Assembly (NCBI GenBank): GCA_963664305.2
Contig: CAXXLV010000002.1
Coordinates: 1,408,001 to 1,472,000 of the forward strand
Origin: an uncultured Aliarcobacter sp.
Lineage (GTDB): Bacteria; Campylobacterota; Campylobacteria; Campylobacterales; Arcobacteraceae
Reading direction: 5' to 3'
DNA length: 64,000 nt
The position numbers and the translations under genes were made by a program. Below, piece by piece: positions 1 to 9,466 of this stretch. The notes below the pieces were generated by a model that did no database searches, was not told the DNA's origin, and worked only from the letters and a program-made list of their open reading frames with translations. Position 1 is the stretch's first letter. Every line of letters starts with the position of its first letter.

Positions 1-37
1 GGTAATTGCAAAAGACACATATAATCTTGTAAAATAA
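1..37 (+). CDS. ackA: 3' end of an upstream acetate kinase paralog (partial, not in ORF track)
   Basis: Frame 2 reads VIAKDTYNLVK*, identical to the C-terminus of the 287..1474 AckA. Confidence 0.85.
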   Translation, partial: VIAKDTYNLVK

Positions 38-55
38 ATCTATCTTATACTTAAA

Positions 56-87
56 GTATTATGTACATATTTGTACATGATACTTTT
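56..87 (+). terminator. Inverted repeat after the partial ackA (terminator or operator)
   Basis: GTATTATGTACA-TATT-TGTACATGATAC followed by TTTT; near-identical copy at 1515-1543. Confidence 0.55.
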
Positions 88-286
88 AAATCCTATTTTT
101 TACTCAAAATAATTTCTAAAACCTTTAGTTTCTCTACACTTTTTTAATTTATTGTTACTTTTTACTTTAAATTATTCAATTCTGATATCTTTATAAAACA
201 AAATTAATTTTAAAAGCAAATTTAGATTTAAGTTTTATTATAATGCGTACAAATTTTATATTATAAAAATAATAAAGGAAAAATTT

Positions 287-1474
287 ATGTTAGTATTTGT
301 ATTAAATGCTGGTTCATCTTCTTTAAAATATCAATTAATCAATGCAAAAACATCTGAATTAAAAGCAAGTGGACTAGTAGAAAGAATTGGAATCGATGGT
401 ATTCTAAAACATGAAGTAGGAGAAAATAAAAAATTAACTTTTGAATTACCTATTCCTACTCATAAAGAAGCAATTGAATTAGTTCTTAGAATTTTAACAA
501 ATGATGAAACTAAAGTTATTAACTCAATTAGCGAAATTGAAGCTATTGGACATAGAGTTGTTCATGGTGGAGAATATTTTAAAAAATCTGTTTTAATAGA
601 TAATGAAGTAATCGATAAAATTGAAGAACTTATCCCTTTAGCACCATTACATAATCCAGCTCACGTAATTGGAATAAAAATTTGTAGAGAATTAATGCCA
701 AATGTTCCTAATGTTGCAACTTTTGATACAGCATTCCACCAAACAATGCCAGAAGAAAACTTCTTATATGCAGTTCCATATGGAGATTACACTGAGCATC
801 ACTTAAGAAAATATGGTTTTCACGGAACTTCACACTATTATGTTTCAAATGAAGCTGTAAAACTTTTAAATAAAAAGAATAGCAGAGTTATTGTTTGTCA
901 CTTAGGTAATGGTTCTTCTGTGTGTGCAGTTAAAGACGGAAAATCAATAGCAACTTCAATGGGATTAACTCCACTTGAAGGTTTAATCATGGGTACAAGA
1001 TGTGGAGATATTGATGCAGGTGTTATTCCATATTTAATGGAAAGAAAAGGTCTTGATTCTCACCAAATTATCAATTACTTAAATAAAAAATCTGGAATTT
1101 TAGGAGTTTCTGGAATTAGTTCAGATTTAAGAGAAGTAATAAAAGCATCAAATGATGGAGATAAAAGATCTAGAATTGCAATTGAAATGTTATGTGGAAG
1201 AATTAAAAAATATCTTTGTTCATACGCTGGATTAATGCAAGGAGTTGATGCAATTTGTTTCACAGCTGGTATTGGTGAAAACTCTGATTTAATTAGAGAA
1301 AAAGTTTGTGAAGGTTTAGATTTCATGGGAATTGAAATGGATACTGAAAAAAATAAAGTTAGAACTCCTGGAATAAGAGAAATTCATAAAGAATCTTCTA
1401 AAACAAAAATCTTTGTTATTCCTACAAATGAAGAATTAGTTATTGCAAAAGACACATACAATTTAGTTAAATAA
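287..1474 (+). CDS. ackA: Acetate kinase
   Basis: Motifs LNAGSSSLK, GHRVVHGG, FDTAFHQT, YGFHGTSH, HLGNGSS, PTNEE; AAGGA RBS. Confidence 0.97.
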   Translation: MLVFVLNAGSSSLKYQLINAKTSELKASGLVERIGIDGILKHEVGENKKLTFELPIPTHKEAIELVLRILTNDETKVINSISEIEAIGHRVVHGGEYFKKSVLIDNEVIDKIEELIPLAPLHNPAHVIGIKICRELMPNVPNVATFDTAFHQTMPEENFLYAVPYGDYTEHHLRKYGFHGTSHYYVSNEAVKLLNKKNSRVIVCHLGNGSSVCAVKDGKSIATSMGLTPLEGLIMGTRCGDIDAGVIPYLMERKGLDSHQIINYLNKKSGILGVSGISSDLREVIKASNDGDKRSRIAIEMLCGRIKKYLCSYAGLMQGVDAICFTAGIGENSDLIREKVCEGLDFMGIEMDTEKNKVRTPGIREIHKESSKTKIFVIPTNEELVIAKDTYNLVK

Positions 1475-1514
1475 GAATAAATTGTTACCTTTTAGAATTC
1501 TATTTTAAAATTGA

Positions 1515-1543
1515 GTATTATGTACAATTATTGTACATAATAC
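1515..1543 (+). terminator. Perfect 13-bp inverted repeat after ackA (terminator or operator)
   Basis: GTATTATGTACAA-TTA-TTGTACATAATAC. Confidence 0.55.
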
Positions 1544-1761
1544 CATACTTTTTTACATATTTAAAACAAATAAACTCCATATATTATCACTATTTCTCAC
1601 TTAGATGATATTTTTTTATATTTATGTATATTTTATGTACTTTTTTTTAATTATGATATAAAATATACATAAGTGAGATTATAAGAGATTGCTATTTTAA
1701 TGCTATGTTTCTCAATTATAATTTTTCCACAAAGTTTAATAGTAGAAAGGATAACTTACCT

Positions 1762-2757
1762 ATGGGTTTAATTGAAAGTATCAAAGAGAAAGCGAAACTA
1801 CAATTAAGAACTATTGTTCTGCCTGAGCCAGAAGATGAAAGAGTTTTAAAAGCTGCTCAACAAGTAATTGAAGAAAAAACTGCAAAAGTTGTGTTAATTG
1901 GAAATGTTGAAACTATAAAAGCAGATGCTGCAAAGTGTGGTGCAAATATAGAAGGTGCAACAATTGTTGACCCAAAAAATTTCGACAATATCAATAAATA
2001 TATTGATGAGTTAGTTGAATTAAGAAAAAGTAAAAATCTTTCAAAAGAAGAAGCTACTGAAATTATGTTAAATGAGCCAAGATTTTTTGGTTGTATGATG
2101 GTAAGACTTGGTGATGCAGATGGTTTAGTTGCAGGTTCAAATTCTCCAACTGCTGATGTTTTAAAAGCTGCTATTCAAGTTATTAAAACTGCGCCTGGAA
2201 TTAATACTGTTTCTTCTACATTTATTATGGAAACGGCTGATGGTAAATTTGGAGATAATGGTTTAATATTATTTGCAGATTGTGCTGTTATTCCAGAACC
2301 AAATGCAGAGCAATTAGCTGACATCGCTTGTGCAACTGCTGCAACTGCTGCTTCTGTTGTAGGTTTAGATCCAAGAGTTGCAATGTTATCATTCTCAACA
2401 AAAGGAAGTGCTTCTCATCCATTAGTTGATAAAGTACAATATGCTTGTGATATTCTAACTGAAAGAAATGTTGATTTCTCATTTGATGGTGAGTTACAAG
2501 CTGATGCTGCTATTATTGAATCAATTGGTGCTAAAAAAGCTCCAGGTTCAAAAGTTGCAGGAAAAGCTAATATTTTAGTATTCCCTGATTTACAATCTGG
2601 AAATATCGGATATAAACTTGTTCAAAGATTTGCAGGAGCTGAAGCTCACGGTCCAATCGTTCAAGGATTAAATCAACCAGTAAATGACCTTTCAAGAGGT
2701 TGTTCAGTAGAAGATATTGCAAATTTAGTTGCAATCACAGCTACACAAATTAAATAA
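1762..2757 (+). CDS. pta: Phosphate acetyltransferase, short single-domain type
   Basis: LPEPEDERV, DCAV.PEP, DGELQADAA, GNIGYKLVQR, NDLSRGCS. Start moved from 1705 to the ATG at 1762 behind an AAGGA RBS. Confidence 0.96.
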   Translation: MGLIESIKEKAKLQLRTIVLPEPEDERVLKAAQQVIEEKTAKVVLIGNVETIKADAAKCGANIEGATIVDPKNFDNINKYIDELVELRKSKNLSKEEATEIMLNEPRFFGCMMVRLGDADGLVAGSNSPTADVLKAAIQVIKTAPGINTVSSTFIMETADGKFGDNGLILFADCAVIPEPNAEQLADIACATAATAASVVGLDPRVAMLSFSTKGSASHPLVDKVQYACDILTERNVDFSFDGELQADAAIIESIGAKKAPGSKVAGKANILVFPDLQSGNIGYKLVQRFAGAEAHGPIVQGLNQPVNDLSRGCSVEDIANLVAITATQIK

Positions 2758-2791
2758 TTTTAAATCAATAACAAAACTAAGGAGAGAGAGT

Positions 2792-3991
2792 ATGTTAGTA
2801 TTCATTTTAAATGCAGGAAGTTCATCATTAAAGTATCAATTAATGAACCCAGTTATCAAAAAAGTATTTGCACAAGGTATTTGTGAAAGAATCGGTATTG
2901 ATGGTGTTTTAAAACATGAATTTGGTGAAGGTAAAGAGTTCAAAAAAGAAATTCCAATGCCAACTCATAAAGAAGCTATCGAAGCTGTATTATCAACTTT
3001 AACAGTTGGTGAAGGTAAAGTTATTGATTCAGTAAATGATATTGATGCTATTGGACACAGAGCAGTTCATGGTGGAGAAGAGTTTGCTGGTTCTGTTTTA
3101 GTAACTGATAAAGTGATTGAAACAATGAAAAAACTAATTCCATTAGCACCTTTACACAATCCTGCAAATATTTTAGGAATGGAAATTTGTCAAGATTTAA
3201 TGCCAGGTAAACCAAATGTTGCAGTATTTGATACAGCATTCCACCAAACTATGCCTGATTATGCTTATATGTATGCATTACCATATGACCAATATACAAA
3301 ACATGGTATTAGAAAATATGGATTCCATGGAACATCTCACTTCTTTGTTTCTAGTGAAGCAAGAAATATGTTAGATAAAAACCATAATACTAGAATCATC
3401 GTTTGTCACTTAGGAAATGGTTCTTCTGTAAGTGCTGTATTAAATGGTAAATGTATTGATACTTCAATGGGTCTTACACCAGTTCAAGGTTTAATGATGG
3501 GAACAAGAGCTGGAGATGTTGGAGCTGGTGCATTACAATATATGATGAGTCAAGAAGGTTTATCTATAGATCAAGCATTAGATATCATGAATAAAAAATC
3601 AGGTATCTTAGGAATTTCTGGAAAATCTTCAGATTTAAGAGAAGTTTTACAAGGAATGCAAGATGGTGATGAAAGATGTAGATTAGCAGTTGATATGGTT
3701 GCTTATAACATCAAAAAATATGTTGGAGCATATGTTGCTGCACTTGATGGTGTTGATGCATTATGTTTCACAGGTGGAATTGGAGAAAATGCTGCATTAA
3801 TTAGAGAAAAAGTATGTGCAGGATTAGACTCAATGGGATTAGTAATTGACCCAGTTAAAAATAATAGAAGATCAAGAGAAGCAAGAGATATTGCAACTAA
3901 TGCATCTGCTTCTAGAATTTTTGTTATTCCTACAAATGAAGAGTATGTAATTGCTAACGATACTTATAAAGTTGTTACAGAAACTAAATAA
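2792..3991 (+). CDS. ackA: Acetate kinase paralog
   Basis: Same ASKHA motifs; start moved to the ATG at 2792 behind AAGGAG. Confidence 0.95.
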   Translation: MLVFILNAGSSSLKYQLMNPVIKKVFAQGICERIGIDGVLKHEFGEGKEFKKEIPMPTHKEAIEAVLSTLTVGEGKVIDSVNDIDAIGHRAVHGGEEFAGSVLVTDKVIETMKKLIPLAPLHNPANILGMEICQDLMPGKPNVAVFDTAFHQTMPDYAYMYALPYDQYTKHGIRKYGFHGTSHFFVSSEARNMLDKNHNTRIIVCHLGNGSSVSAVLNGKCIDTSMGLTPVQGLMMGTRAGDVGAGALQYMMSQEGLSIDQALDIMNKKSGILGISGKSSDLREVLQGMQDGDERCRLAVDMVAYNIKKYVGAYVAALDGVDALCFTGGIGENAALIREKVCAGLDSMGLVIDPVKNNRRSREARDIATNASASRIFVIPTNEEYVIANDTYKVVTETK

Positions 3992-4011
3992 TCTTTAGTT
4001 TGTTAGTTAAT

Positions 4012-4047
4012 AAAAAAGGGGAAGATGTTATATCTTCCCCTTTTTTT
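4012..4047. terminator. Bidirectional intrinsic terminator
   Basis: AAAAAAGGGGAAGAT-GTTAT-ATCTTCCCCTTTTTT between convergent ackA and sppA. Confidence 0.9.
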
Positions 4048-4061
4048 ATATCTAAAAAATA

Positions 4062-4946
4062 TTAATAAGCTTTTAAAGAATTGGCAAACATCATTGTAAC
4101 TTGAGATACAGTCTCACTTACAAGTTTATCCATAAATTTCTCAAACTTATCCTCTTTTTGCCAAACAGGATTTTCTACTTTTGCTAAATCTTTTAATAAA
4201 TTCTGAGCATAAAAAATTGTAGCAACCTCATCAACAAGACCTACTTCTTTTGCTTGTTTTGAAGTAAATATTTTAGCATCAGCAAAAATAGTATGATTTT
4301 TTACATCAAGATTTCTTGCATTTGATACATCTGTAATAAACATATTATATGTATCATCAATTACACTTTGTAATTGTTTTTCTTCATAATCAAACCATTT
4401 TCTAGTTGGAGTTCCTGACTCTTTAAACTTTCCAGCTTTTACAGTTTGAGTTGAAACACCGATTTTTTCCATAAGTTCACTTGCATTTACACCTTGCATA
4501 ATTACACCAATAGAACCAACTATACTTCCTGGATTTGCAATAATCTTATTTGCCCAAATTGAAGCATAATAACTCCCACTAGCAATTACACCACTAGCAT
4601 AAACAACAACAGGTTTTACCTCTTTTAACTCTTTAATTGCATAAGCTAATTCAACTGAAGGAGCAACAGCACCACCTGGAGAATCTACTACAAATAAAAC
4701 ACCTTTAATATTTTTATTTGTTCTTGCTTTTTCAATATCTTCTAAAGTTTTATTAACATCTAAAATTGGACCTGATAACTCGATTTTCTGTAAATTAGCT
4801 AAACTTCTATTATCTTTCAAATTTTCATTTGAATCAAATACAACAAAATACATAATAGTTAAAAAAACAATTGTTTTAAAATATTTTGTTATAAAATCAA
4901 GTATAGCTATAACTGGTGAAAATAGAGTTCTAAAAAAATTAAACAT
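4062..4946 (-). CDS. sppA: Signal peptide peptidase SppA (S49)
   Basis: DSPGG, ASGSYY, GSIGV, GKFK motifs; N-terminal TM segment. Confidence 0.93.
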   Translation of the reverse strand: MFNFFRTLFSPVIAILDFITKYFKTIVFLTIMYFVVFDSNENLKDNRSLANLQKIELSGPILDVNKTLEDIEKARTNKNIKGVLFVVDSPGGAVAPSVELAYAIKELKEVKPVVVYASGVIASGSYYASIWANKIIANPGSIVGSIGVIMQGVNASELMEKIGVSTQTVKAGKFKESGTPTRKWFDYEEKQLQSVIDDTYNMFITDVSNARNLDVKNHTIFADAKIFTSKQAKEVGLVDEVATIFYAQNLLKDLAKVENPVWQKEDKFEKFMDKLVSETVSQVTMMFANSLKAY

Positions 4947-6162
4947 ATTCTCCTCCTATAATTACATTATCAACAAATTTTGTATGTAATATTATTTGCA
5001 TATATAAATCTTCCACTTCTTCAAGATTATCAGGTAAAGAAAAACTTATAATATCACTATCAAAATCTTTTCCAATTACACCTTTATTTAATCCCAAAGC
5101 CCTACTTCCATTTACTGTTGAGGCTTTTATTAGTTTTTTTGAAAACTCTATTACATTTTTATCATAATGAGCCATCAAAGCATTTCGTAATTCATCAAAC
5201 ATTGATAAAGAATTATTTGAACTAAGACCATCAGTTCCTATAGTAAAAGGAATATCACCTAATCTATCTAAATCTAGTTTTGTATTATTTAAAAGTCTAT
5301 TTGAAGTAACACAATGATTTATACTTGCACCTAAATTTCTAATCTTTTCTAAATCATTATTACTTGCTTCAACACAATGTGTAAATGAAAGATTTTTTAT
5401 ATTTGAAAAAAGATTTAAAAACTCCATTGGTTTTGAAACAGCTTTTTCTTGATTTAAAAAGTTTTTAAAAAATTCAAGAAATGAACCTTCATCTTTATGT
5501 AACCATTCAAACTCTTCACGTGACTCTAAAAAGTGTGAACTAACAGCTAAATTTTCACTTCTTGCTAAATTTAAAGTTTCTCTTACTAAAAATGGATGAA
5601 CTGAATATGGAGAATGTATAGCAATTGCTGGAATAAAATTTTTTGAAGCAAATTTTTTTGCATTATTCAATCTACTTTTAAAATCAGCAAAAAGGGTATC
5701 AATCATATCACATTTTGAACCAATAACTTCACAAAAAAAGACTTTATTTATTGGTGATTTTAAACAAGCTTCCAACTCAAAAGAGTAAGATGAAATAGCT
5801 CCAATAGTTGTTGTTCCTGTTCTTTTCATTTTTTCAAGTTTTAAAGAGATTAACTTTTTATCAGCTTTGTTGATTAAATCTTCTCTATGTTTAATAACAG
5901 AAGTTAACCATGAATAAAAATTTCCATATTTTAAAGTTGTTGAGTTACCACTAAATTCTAAGTGAACATGAGAGTTTATAAGTCCTGGCATTAAAACTGA
6001 ATTATTTTCAAGTTTGTTTATTTCTATATTTGGATATTTTTTTTCTATTTTATCTAAAGAATCAATTTCTATAATTTTGTCATCAAAAACAATAGCACCA
6101 TCTTTTATGATACTATCGTTTTCATCACAAGTAACAATCCAATTTGCACTAATTATTTTCAT
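4939..6162 (-). CDS. Metal-dependent amidohydrolase, aminofutalosine deaminase (MqnF)-like
   Basis: PGLINSHVHLE, HSPYS, SHFLES, GTDG motifs; sppA/aroQ neighbourhood. Confidence 0.75.
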   Translation of the reverse strand: MKIISANWIVTCDENDSIIKDGAIVFDDKIIEIDSLDKIEKKYPNIEINKLENNSVLMPGLINSHVHLEFSGNSTTLKYGNFYSWLTSVIKHREDLINKADKKLISLKLEKMKRTGTTTIGAISSYSFELEACLKSPINKVFFCEVIGSKCDMIDTLFADFKSRLNNAKKFASKNFIPAIAIHSPYSVHPFLVRETLNLARSENLAVSSHFLESREEFEWLHKDEGSFLEFFKNFLNQEKAVSKPMEFLNLFSNIKNLSFTHCVEASNNDLEKIRNLGASINHCVTSNRLLNNTKLDLDRLGDIPFTIGTDGLSSNNSLSMFDELRNALMAHYDKNVIEFSKKLIKASTVNGSRALGLNKGVIGKDFDSDIISFSLPDNLEEVEDLYMQIILHTKFVDNVIIGGEYV

Positions 6163-6174
6163 TTATTAAGAATT

Positions 6175-6645
6175 TTATGCGTTTGCTTGTTGAACTTGAG
6201 CAACAGCTTTAATTTCACTAATAATTTGCATTAAAGCAATTAATCCCATATGATAACCAAATGGTCCAAATCCAGAAATAACACCAGTTGAAGCACCAGC
6301 AGTAATTGACTTTTGTCTAAACTCTTCTCTTTTATAAATATTTGAAATATGTACTTCAACTACAGGCATATTTACTGCACTTAAAGCATCTTTAATTGCA
6401 ATAGAAGTGTGAGAATAAGCAGCTGGATTTATCATAATTCCATCAACTGTTCCTAAACATTCTTGAATTCTATCTACGATTTCACCTTCTAAATTTGATT
6501 GAAAAAATTCTACTTCAACTCCATTTTGAGCAGCAGCATTTTTTAATTGTTCATGAATTTGGTCTAAACTCATTGGACCGTAAATGTGTTGTTCTCTAAT
6601 TCCTAACATATTTAAATTTGGTCCTTGAATTACGGCAATTTTCAT
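6175..6645 (-). CDS. aroQ: Type II 3-dehydroquinate dehydratase
   Basis: [29 protein letters not shown]. Confidence 0.97.
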   Translation of the reverse strand: MKIAVIQGPNLNMLGIREQHIYGPMSLDQIHEQLKNAAAQNGVEVEFFQSNLEGEIVDRIQECLGTVDGIMINPAAYSHTSIAIKDALSAVNMPVVEVHISNIYKREEFRQKSITAGASTGVISGFGPFGYHMGLIALMQIISEIKAVAQVQQANA

Positions 6646-6721
6646 ATTATATTCCTTTTATAAATTTTGGGTAAGATTATAATTAAATTTTTGTTAAACC
6701 ATACCCAAACAAAGGCTTTTT

Positions 6722-7747
6722 ATGAAAAACTTTATATTACAAAATGAAAATGCAATATATTTTGAATGTAAATTCTCTTGCGATAATGTTATTTTTTTGA
6801 ATTTAGAAAAAGATAGATTTTTTATAACTGATGCTAGATATACTACAGAAGCAAAAGAGTATGCAAAAAAATGCGAAGTTATTGAATCATCAAATCTAAT
6901 TGAAACTGCAAAAGAAATTTTGAAAAAAAATAAAATCAAAAAAATCACATTTGACCCAAATGATTTTAGTTTTGCCTCTTATACAAAATTGACTGAAAAT
7001 CTAAAAACTGAATTTATTGCAAAAGAAAATTTTTCAAAATTAAAAAGAATTATTAAAAGTGATAAAGAGATAACTTTACTTAAAAAAGCGGCTGTTGCTG
7101 GACGTGAAGGTTTCAAAGAACTTGCAAAATATATAAGAAAAAATGGTTTTAATCAAACTGAACAATTTTTATATTTTAAAGCATTTGAAAAAATGAGCCA
7201 AACAGGTAAACTTGATATAAGTTTTGAGCCAATTGTTGCAATAAATGAAAATGCTGCTAAACCTCATGCACTTCCAACTTCAAAAAAATTAAAACTTCAT
7301 GATTTATTATTGGTTGATGCAGGAATAAAATATAAAAGATATTGTTCAGATAGAACTTGTACAAGTCATGTTGATTTTGAAAATTTTAATTTTAAAAGAG
7401 AACAAAAATTCAAAAATGAAAAACATCAAAAAGTATACGATATTGTTTTAAAAGCTCAATTAAACGCAATTGAAAATGCAAGAACGGGAATGAAAGCAAG
7501 TGAAATTGACAAATTAACTAGAGATGTAATAGAAAAAGCAGGTTTTGGAAAATATTTTATTCACAGCACTGGGCATGGAGTTGGTCTTGATATCCATGAA
7601 TTTCCAGTAATTAATTCAAAATCAGATGTAATAATTGAAGATAACATGGTATTTACAATAGAACCAGGTATTTATCTTCCAGATGAATTTGGTGTTAGAA
7701 TTGAAGATACAGTTGTAATGCAAAATGGAAAAGCTGTAATACTTTAA
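6722..7747 (+). CDS. Xaa-Pro aminopeptidase (M24)
   Basis: DARY, PH, DAG..Y..Y.SD.T, HSTGHGVGLDIHE, TIEPGIY, GVRIED. Confidence 0.93.
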   Translation: MKNFILQNENAIYFECKFSCDNVIFLNLEKDRFFITDARYTTEAKEYAKKCEVIESSNLIETAKEILKKNKIKKITFDPNDFSFASYTKLTENLKTEFIAKENFSKLKRIIKSDKEITLLKKAAVAGREGFKELAKYIRKNGFNQTEQFLYFKAFEKMSQTGKLDISFEPIVAINENAAKPHALPTSKKLKLHDLLLVDAGIKYKRYCSDRTCTSHVDFENFNFKREQKFKNEKHQKVYDIVLKAQLNAIENARTGMKASEIDKLTRDVIEKAGFGKYFIHSTGHGVGLDIHEFPVINSKSDVIIEDNMVFTIEPGIYLPDEFGVRIEDTVVMQNGKAVIL

Positions 7748-7819
7748 AATTAAAAAATAGCAAAAATAAATCTTGATTTATTTTATCAAGTTTATTTTTT
7801 TGCTTTAAAAGAGAGAAAT

Positions 7820-8305
7820 TTGAGAAAAAAATTAAGCCCTACTTTAACACTTTTTTATACTCCTAATTTTCCTAAAAAATTCAATTCATATTCACACAAA
7901 AAATACAAGGTAACTATAGGAATTGGGGGAAATATTGGAAATACAAAATATTTATTTGATAAATTAATCTTATGTTTGAAAAAGGATGCAAGATTTACTT
8001 TACTTATTAGTTCACCACTTCTAAAAAATCCTCCTTTTGGATTTTTGGAACAAAGTGACTTTTTAAATGGTATAATTCGCCTCCAAACAGATCTTTGCCC
8101 TAATGCTTTTTTAAAAGCAATGCAAAGATATGAAAAGAAATTCGGAAGAAAGCGATCCTTTCAAGATGCGCCTAGAACCTTAGATATAGATATTATATTT
8201 TTTGATAATAAGAAAGTAAATACAAAAAATCTTATTATCCCTCACAAAAATTGGGCAAATAGAGAGTCAGTGATTATTCCTTTAAAATATATACAAAACA
8301 ACTAA
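7820..8305 (+). CDS. folK: 2-amino-4-hydroxy-6-hydroxymethyldihydropteridine diphosphokinase
   Basis: IGIGGNIG, FLN, PRTLDIDII, IPH motifs; TTG start. Confidence 0.92.
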   Translation: MRKKLSPTLTLFYTPNFPKKFNSYSHKKYKVTIGIGGNIGNTKYLFDKLILCLKKDARFTLLISSPLLKNPPFGFLEQSDFLNGIIRLQTDLCPNAFLKAMQRYEKKFGRKRSFQDAPRTLDIDIIFFDNKKVNTKNLIIPHKNWANRESVIIPLKYIQNN

Positions 8306-8351
8306 ATTGTTGTAAATACAGTTCTAAAAAAGAACTTTTTAAAGGTAAAAA

Positions 8352-9455
8352 ATGAGCAAAAATAAAAAAGTAGTTGTAGGAATGTCAGGTGGTGTTGATT
8401 CATCTGTTACTGCATTATTGTTAAAACAACAGGGTTTCGATGTAGTTGGACTATTCATGCGTAATTGGGAGTATGGAATCAAAGGAAGCCAATGTCCTAA
8501 TCGTATTGAATTTGAAGATGCAAAAAAAGTTGGTGAATTAATAGGGATCGAAGTAAAAGGAAAAGACTTCGTTAAAGAATACAGAGATAGAGTTTTTGAT
8601 GTATTTTTAGAAGGTTTAAAACAAGGTCTAACACCAAATCCTGATATTTTATGCAACAGAGAAATAAAATTTAATGTATTTTTAAATGAAGCAAAAAGTA
8701 TGGGTGCAGATATGATTGCAACTGGACATTATGCAAAAATTGCAAAATACAAAGACCATTTTGTATTAGATACTCCAAAAGATAGTTCAAAAGACCAAAG
8801 TTATTTCTTACACGCATTATCAAGTGAACAATTATCACATGCTATGTTTCCACTTGGCGATTTAACAAAAAAAGAAGTTAGAGAAATAGCTAGACTTCAT
8901 AATCTTCCTGTTAGTGATAAAAAAGATAGTACGGGAATTTGTTTTATTGGTAATCAAAAATTTGATGAATTTATCACTCAACATTTACAAGCAATACCTG
9001 GTGATATTATTGATGAAAATGGAAAAATTATAGGAAAACATAAAGGCCTAGTTTGTTATACATTAGGTCAAAGAAAAGGTATTGGTCTTGGTGGTATTAA
9101 AGGCAATGAAAGTGAAAATAATACTCACAAACCTTGGTTTGTAGCTGCAAAAGATGTAGTAAATAATACATTAACAATTGTTCAAGACACAAATCATCCA
9201 CTACTTATGAGTAAAACAGTTGAAGCTAGTCATATGCATTGGGTTTTAGAAGAGGCTCCAAAAGTTGGAGATAAATTAATAGCACAAGTTAGATATAGAC
9301 AACAAAAACAAGCTTGTACAGTAGTTGAGGCAAGTAATGAAAAAGTTGTTGTTGAATTTGATAATGCTCAAAGAGCTGTAACATTAGGACAAAGTCTTGT
9401 TTTATATTCTGGTGATTATTGTCTTGGTGGTGGCTTTATAAGTTACTACAAGTAA
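8352..9455 (+). CDS. mnmA: tRNA 2-thiouridine(34) synthase, DxxC-type
   Basis: SGGVDS, PNPDILCN, ATGHY, KDQSYFL, DSTGICF. Confidence 0.95.
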   Translation: MSKNKKVVVGMSGGVDSSVTALLLKQQGFDVVGLFMRNWEYGIKGSQCPNRIEFEDAKKVGELIGIEVKGKDFVKEYRDRVFDVFLEGLKQGLTPNPDILCNREIKFNVFLNEAKSMGADMIATGHYAKIAKYKDHFVLDTPKDSSKDQSYFLHALSSEQLSHAMFPLGDLTKKEVREIARLHNLPVSDKKDSTGICFIGNQKFDEFITQHLQAIPGDIIDENGKIIGKHKGLVCYTLGQRKGIGLGGIKGNESENNTHKPWFVAAKDVVNNTLTIVQDTNHPLLMSKTVEASHMHWVLEEAPKVGDKLIAQVRYRQQKQACTVVEASNEKVVVEFDNAQRAVTLGQSLVLYSGDYCLGGGFISYYK

Positions 9456-9466
9456 AAAGGTAAAAA

